Source of the DNA: Desulfatiglandales bacterium
GTDB taxonomy: Bacteria > Desulfobacterota > DSM-4660 > Desulfatiglandales > Desulfatiglandaceae
Assembly: GCA_963662465.1 (NCBI GenBank)
Contig: OY759599.1
Coordinates: 7,872,001-7,936,000 of the forward strand
Length of the DNA: 64,000 nucleotides
Reading direction: 5' to 3'
Position numbers and translations under genes: made by a program. The notes below the pieces were generated by a model. It made no database searches. It was not told the DNA's origin and saw nothing but the letters and a program-made list of their open reading frames with translations. Shown piece by piece: positions 58,982-64,000 of this stretch (positions are counted from its first letter, which is position 1; each line of letters starts with the position of its first letter).

Positions 58982-59258
58982 ACAGAAAGATACGATTCTC
59001 GCCACAACCGCCGTTCCGCCCAAGGAAGGGGATTTTGTATGGAACGGTAAAGACGAAGACGACCGCCCTTTAAGTAAACAAGAAATGCGGGCAGGTATCA
59101 AAAGAGCCGGTGGACGTCCAAGGCTGAACAAACCAAAAAAGTCAACCACCATCAGGCTAAATGCTGAGGTATTGGATTTCTTCAAGGCCCATGGCAAGGG
59201 GTGGCAAACCAAGATCAACGACGTCCTTCAGGACTATGTGGAATCGACGCGTGGATAA
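58968..59258 (+). CDS. BrnA antitoxin
   Basis: GRPR..PKKSTTIRLNAEVLDFFKA.GKGWQTKINDVL. Confidence 0.9.
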   Translation: MNLSKQKDTILATTAVPPKEGDFVWNGKDEDDRPLSKQEMRAGIKRAGGRPRLNKPKKSTTIRLNAEVLDFFKAHGKGWQTKINDVLQDYVESTRG

Positions 59259-59519
59259 AAGGGGGCACAATTTTCTCGTGTTCGGATTTGATTCGGCCGA
59301 TTTTTTCCCATGCGCTGATAATTGAAATGGGGGCTTGATCATCTTTTCGGCCGGAATTGTTGGAATGATGAACCTGTGTGAGAGGGTTCCAACCGGGAAA
59401 AGTCGTGGCGGGACGCCGCTCGCACAGGTTCCGTGCAAAATCAGCAGCCTGATGAAATTTGCGTACGATATTGTTGTTGGTTCAGGGTAGCCGAAGCGAT
59501 GATCAGTGCCCCTTTCCCC

Positions 59520-60908
59520 TCACATTTTCGGCGGGACCCAGCCTCCCAGTTCTTTTTCCAGAAATCCGGCTACTTGCAGGGCTACATCCTCCCGCCAGGG
59601 ACGGGCCACTACCTGCACGCCCAGAGGCAGACCTTCGGGCGTTTGTCCCACCCGGACCACCGCCGCGGGCCAGCCGGTGAGGTTCCATGCGCAGGTGTAT
59701 GAAAAGCCGGGGAGTGCTTCGGCGCTCCCGCCATGGGGAAGCGCGGGATAGGGGTTGGGCGGGCAGATAATCACATCACAGGTCTCCATGAATGCCAGCA
59801 TGCGGCTGCGAAACATATCCAGCTGAAACAACAGACCGCAGTAGTCAGGGGTTGTCATGGGATTTGCCTGGGCCTGGGCCAGCAGTTCCTGAATGAAGGG
59901 ATGGGGTTCCTTCGTGCCATACATTTGAAGCAGCATCTGAATTCCAGCCCCCCCATCACCCATCATTAATCCCATAAACAATTGAAATGTCGCCTCGATG
60001 CCCTCCGGTCGGACCTCGGAAACGTGTGCGCCTGCCCCTTCCAGCGCTTTGGCCGCGGACGACACAGCATTTTGAACCACGGTGTCGGGGGTTAGAATGC
60101 CGTTATCCAGATGGAAAGTCACACGCAGTTTATCCAATTCAACGGCATCGGGATTTCCCAACGGCATGGGCACAATCGCCGGATCCCGCCAGTCCACGCC
60201 TGCGATCACGGGCAGAATCAGTTTTAAATCTTCCACATATCGCGCCATGGGCCCGATCTGGGTCAGCGCATCCATGGGACCGCCCGGGGGCAGAATATGC
60301 CCGGTTCTGGGTACTCGGCCCGATGTGGGCCGAAGGCCGGCAATGCCGCACCAGTGGGAAGGCAGGCGAATGCTGCCACCCGTATCGCTGCCGATTTCAA
60401 AGGGAACGCCTCCTGCAGCCACGATGGCGGCTGCCCCTCCGCTGCTGCCCCCGCTGGTTCGGGACAGATCGTAGGGATTGTTGGTGCGGCCATAAACCAG
60501 ATTGTCCGTTTCAAAGGCCAGGGTCAATTCCGGCGTGTTGGTTTTCCCCACCAGAATCGCCCCAGCATCCCGCAGTCGCGAGATCACCGTAGCATCCTGC
60601 GCCGGAACAAAATCTTTTCGGCCCAGCGTACCGCCCGTAGTAATAAAATCCGCGGTATCCAGGTTGTCCTTGATGGTCATGGGAACCCCATGCAGGCATC
60701 CCCGTATCTCTCCTTTGGCAAGTGCCTCATCCAGTTCTTTGGCCAAGGCCAGCGCCCGGTCTCCATCCATCTGTACCACGGCATTCAATTTGGGATTCAC
60801 CGCTTCGATCCGCTCCAGGCAGGCCCTGACCAGTTCAAAGGATGAAATGTCCCGGTTTCGCACGGCAGCAGCCAGCGATGTGGCGGACTGAAATATTTGT
60901 TTCGTCAT
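59520..60908 (-). CDS. Amidase-signature family amidase
   Basis: LHGVP.TIKD, GKTNTPE, GGSSGG.AA, GSDTGGSIRLP. Confidence 0.93.
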   Translation of the reverse strand: MTKQIFQSATSLAAAVRNRDISSFELVRACLERIEAVNPKLNAVVQMDGDRALALAKELDEALAKGEIRGCLHGVPMTIKDNLDTADFITTGGTLGRKDFVPAQDATVISRLRDAGAILVGKTNTPELTLAFETDNLVYGRTNNPYDLSRTSGGSSGGAAAIVAAGGVPFEIGSDTGGSIRLPSHWCGIAGLRPTSGRVPRTGHILPPGGPMDALTQIGPMARYVEDLKLILPVIAGVDWRDPAIVPMPLGNPDAVELDKLRVTFHLDNGILTPDTVVQNAVSSAAKALEGAGAHVSEVRPEGIEATFQLFMGLMMGDGGAGIQMLLQMYGTKEPHPFIQELLAQAQANPMTTPDYCGLLFQLDMFRSRMLAFMETCDVIICPPNPYPALPHGGSAEALPGFSYTCAWNLTGWPAAVVRVGQTPEGLPLGVQVVARPWREDVALQVAGFLEKELGGWVPPKM

Positions 60909-60945
60909 GGGGTTCTCCTTTCTGTTTTTCCTTTTTCATTTTATC

Positions 60946-62850
60946 TCACTTCAACCCCGCTTGGTGAAGCGCGTTCAGAAAGCGGTCGTTATCCTCTTTT
61001 TTCTTATAGGACATGGCCTTTACATAATACTCCGCGGAGAATCCGGGATGGATTCGAAGGACTTCTTTGGCGGTTTTTCGTGCTTCTTCAATACGACCGG
61101 ACAAGCTGTATCCTTCGGTCAGGCCGATGAGGGCCAAGAGTTCGTTGGGGTTTACCTGAAGGATTTTTTTGTATATTTCTATGGCCTTATCATACTGCCC
61201 CAGAATATTGTAGGTCATGGCAAGGGTGATAAAGAATACCCCATCCGGTTTAGGATTCATTCGGAATGCCTTATTGATCCATTGAAGGCCCTCTTCCGGT
61301 TCACCCGCAAAGCTGTAAATACAGCCTAGCCATATATGGGCAGGATATGAATTGGGATCAACCGCCACTGCTTTTTTCCCCTCTGCGATGGCCTCGTCAA
61401 AACGTCGTTCCGTCATATAGACTTTGGCAAGTAACGAACGGCCATAGCCGGAAGACGCATTCAAAGAGATCGCCTTTTGCGCCAATTGGCTTGCCTGCGC
61501 CAAGGCCTTCTCCGGGGACGGCGTGAGGCCCAGCCATACGCCAAACATATTGATCCAACCCAGCATGGTGTACGGCGTTGAGTAATTTGGGTCCAAGGCA
61601 ATGGCTTCTTGAAATAAGGGTGCTGCCCGACGAACATCTCCTTTAGCGAAATATTCCATTCCCTCCGTGTATTTCTCAAACGCACTCAGGTTGTTGGTGT
61701 TGCCATGCCAGATAACCGCGCTTCCTCCACCCGTCAGCTCTACATTAAGCGTTTTCATAAGCTTCAGGGTGATTTCATCCTGGATGGCGAACATGTCCTT
61801 TATGTCCCGGTCGTACTTTTCGGCCCACAGATGTTTTCCGGTTGCAGCGTCAATCAATTGGGCCGTGATGCGCACCTTGTCGCCGGCTTTCTGAACGCTT
61901 CCCTCCAGTACATATTGAACGCCCAGTTCTTTGGCCACCTGCTGAATTTTTACCGGCTTTCCCTTGTAGGTGAACGAGGAGTTTCTGGCGATCACGAACA
62001 ACCCGGGATTCTTAGAGATGCCCGTAATGATGTTTTCGGTAAGCCCGTCGGCGAAAAACCCTAACTGTTTGTTTTCGCTCATATTGTCAAAGGGGAGTAC
62101 GGCTACGGAGGGTTTTTCGGACAACGCTGGGGGTGTTGCTTTGGATGGCGCCGTGGTGGTGGCTTTTTTGGATGCGGTTTCAACGGGAGTTGCGGCAGGG
62201 CGTAGATAGAAGTACCAAAAGGTTCCAGCCGCGAGTATCAGGGCAAGGATGATCGCTAAGGCTGTCCATGGCGGCTTCTTTTGGGTCACTACCGCTTTTT
62301 CTTTCACCTCTTCTCTATCCCCCGGTATCATGGGCACTTTGTAAACCCGAACCGGTTTGGCAATGTTTTTTACGGAATGCTCCCCAATAAAATTGTAGCC
62401 TAAGGCCAGCTTGTTCTCGATTTGATCATAGGCCGTTCCGGAAATACAGATGCCTCCGCCGTCTGCCAATCCCTCGATTCGGGCAGCAATGTTGACCCCG
62501 TCTCCATAGATCCGGTCTCCTTCCTGGATAATGTCTCCGAGGTTTACCCCGATACGGAAAATCATCCTGCGATTTTCCGGGAGGTCTTCGTTTTTGACTT
62601 TCAGGACATTCTGGATCTCCACGGCACACTGGACCGCATCGACGACGCTGGCGAACTCCGCCAGAACATTGTCCCCGGGGGCATCCACAACGCGTCCTTT
62701 GTATTGTTTTACGAGAGAAATTACAGTCTTTCGGTATTCGGTTATGGTTTTTACAGTCTCAATCTCGTTATCACCCATGAGTCGACTGTAACCTTGAACA
62801 TCGGCGCTGAGGATGGCTGAAAGTTTTCTTGTAACCTCATTGTTATTCAT
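60946..62850 (-). CDS. Class III adenylate/guanylate cyclase with TM helix, TolB-like domain and TPR repeats
   Basis: AILSADVQGYS, GDN, FRIGVNLGD, IYGDGVNIAARIE; PSVAVLPFDNMS; TPRs; GGAGA RBS before ATG 62850. Confidence 0.92.
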   Translation of the reverse strand: MNNNEVTRKLSAILSADVQGYSRLMGDNEIETVKTITEYRKTVISLVKQYKGRVVDAPGDNVLAEFASVVDAVQCAVEIQNVLKVKNEDLPENRRMIFRIGVNLGDIIQEGDRIYGDGVNIAARIEGLADGGGICISGTAYDQIENKLALGYNFIGEHSVKNIAKPVRVYKVPMIPGDREEVKEKAVVTQKKPPWTALAIILALILAAGTFWYFYLRPAATPVETASKKATTTAPSKATPPALSEKPSVAVLPFDNMSENKQLGFFADGLTENIITGISKNPGLFVIARNSSFTYKGKPVKIQQVAKELGVQYVLEGSVQKAGDKVRITAQLIDAATGKHLWAEKYDRDIKDMFAIQDEITLKLMKTLNVELTGGGSAVIWHGNTNNLSAFEKYTEGMEYFAKGDVRRAAPLFQEAIALDPNYSTPYTMLGWINMFGVWLGLTPSPEKALAQASQLAQKAISLNASSGYGRSLLAKVYMTERRFDEAIAEGKKAVAVDPNSYPAHIWLGCIYSFAGEPEEGLQWINKAFRMNPKPDGVFFITLAMTYNILGQYDKAIEIYKKILQVNPNELLALIGLTEGYSLSGRIEEARKTAKEVLRIHPGFSAEYYVKAMSYKKKEDNDRFLNALHQAGLK

Positions 62851-63288
62851 CGAATCATCTCCTTGAAAGCCTGGCATCAAATCATGCTTGAATTTTTGCG
62901 ACAACGTTTTCCAAAATACAAAATTAAGTTTTGTTGAATTGAAATGTAGCACAGAAAACACAAATCGAAGACATGAAATGAATATCACTAATCCTGTTTA
63001 AGTCAAGCAAATTATCAGGTTTTCGGTCTGGTAGGGTTTTTCCGCCCAAAATCGGAAAAGCCGGATCAAGTGGCATCAACAGTTTGGCACTGGCAAGGTT
63101 CTCCGATAAATTGATTGCCAGTTTGTCGGCCAGGTTGTCGGCCAGGTTGGCATTATGTGCCAACAGAGCATTAACTTCAACGAGCAGAATCGTTTTGAAA
63201 GTGTTTGAACGTTTCTCCGGTTGAGGCGGAAGATCAGTTTTTTGTTTCTATTGATTTAAAAATGGTATCTGCCCGCCACCATTTCAGG

Positions 63289-63384
63289 GTAAACGCTCAT
63301 GACAAGGGGATTTGCCAGCCCTGCGGATGAAAATAACATCTACCGCTTTTAAGCTAACGGCTAACGGCTGTATTTTCATGGTAA
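63289..63384. repeat. Dispersed palindromic element, copy 2 with (GCTAACG)x2
   Basis: Homologous to 26342-26458; inner ATGAAAATA/TATTTTCAT inverted repeat. Confidence 0.85.
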
Positions 63385-63998
63385 AAGGGGTTCCGGGCAC
63401 CCGGGCAATCGTAAACGGCCCTTTTTTCATGGACAGATTCGAAGTGAGCAACCGGGAATACAAGGAGTTTGTAGATCTGGGGGGATACGGCGATCCCAGA
63501 TACTGGAAAGAAGAATTCAGGAAAGACGGTAAAGTGATACCGTGGGAGGAGGCTGTCAAGACCTTCGTGGACCGAACGGGCCGACCCGGACCCGCCGCGT
63601 GGGAAGGGGACGGGTATCCGAAAGGGCGGGATGATTACCCCGGCTCCGGTATGAGCTGGTATGAAGCTGCGGCCTATGCACGGTTTCGCAATAAGACCCT
63701 TCCCACACTGTACCATTGGGCTCGTGCCGCTTTCACCAGAGATGATTACACGACGCCCTTGACGCCGAGCCTCATTACTCAAAGCAATATCGAAAAAACG
63801 GCGGACCTGCGATTCTTCGATCCTTATACAATCCTTCCCAGATCCGAAGAATCCCTGGAAACCTTCAAGAAAATGTTTTCTTATGAAAAAGGGCCGCTCC
63901 ATCCCGTGGTGGAATCTCGAAAACCCGGGGGAAAAGAATGGGTTTGGGAGAAAGTGACCATCACCGCCGCCTATCCGGGCTTTCGCACTTTTAGATAA
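63385..63998 (+). pseudogene. FGE-sulfatase (SUMF1-like) domain fragment with internal deletion
   Basis: FFMDRFEVSNREY.EF, YP.G..DYP..GMSWYEAAAYARF..K.LPT..W; the ORF's N-terminus is read from the repeat element and the domain's second half is missing. Confidence 0.7.
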
Positions 63999-64000
63999 AA

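Noticed and set aside
62924..63163. ORF with a short 12-bp tandem repeat (LADN LADK)
   Set aside because: Only two to three units, no recognisable family; probably a gene relic or chance
63385..63998. FGE-sulfatase (CLec-fold) fragment as a second DGR target
   Set aside because: The C-terminal part that would hold a VR is deleted and there is no NNC-biased tract
1..64000. CRISPR array, rRNA or tRNA genes
   Set aside because: No regularly spaced direct repeats with unique spacers and no recognisable rRNA or tRNA sequence seen by eye

Overview
Bacterial genomic DNA, roughly 50% GC by eye. Gene content and intergenic repeat style suggest an anaerobic deltaproteobacterium (Desulfobacterota-like); this is inference, as no rRNA, tRNA or marker gene is present. 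Ordinary housekeeping, envelope and redox genes (cdaA-cdaR fusion, UPF0182, cyclophilin, Mla-type ABC operon, rbgA, class II photolyase, hslO, PreA/PreT-like pair, amidase, adenylate cyclase-TPR) alternate with accessory patches. Those patches hold about ten intact or decayed toxin-antitoxin loci, a canonical solo attC site, a group II intron 5' relic, several MITE/REP-type elements and many short gene relics. The most notable signal is at 34.5-37.8 kb: a Ser/Thr kinase-PEGA gene ending in two tandem DUF1566 (C-type-lectin-fold) domains. Their C-terminal segments show the NNC-codon signature of diversity-generating-retroelement variable regions, although I see no template repeat or reverse transcriptase in the window, so it is a probable remote DGR target. 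Also notable: a 142-bp MITE inserted in frame inside a signal peptide (40596-40737), an orphan Nif11-leader RiPP precursor, and two accessory blocks bracketed by about 250-bp direct repeats (mazE copies; hslO 3' end). No CRISPR array was seen. All family assignments come from motif recognition, not database searches.
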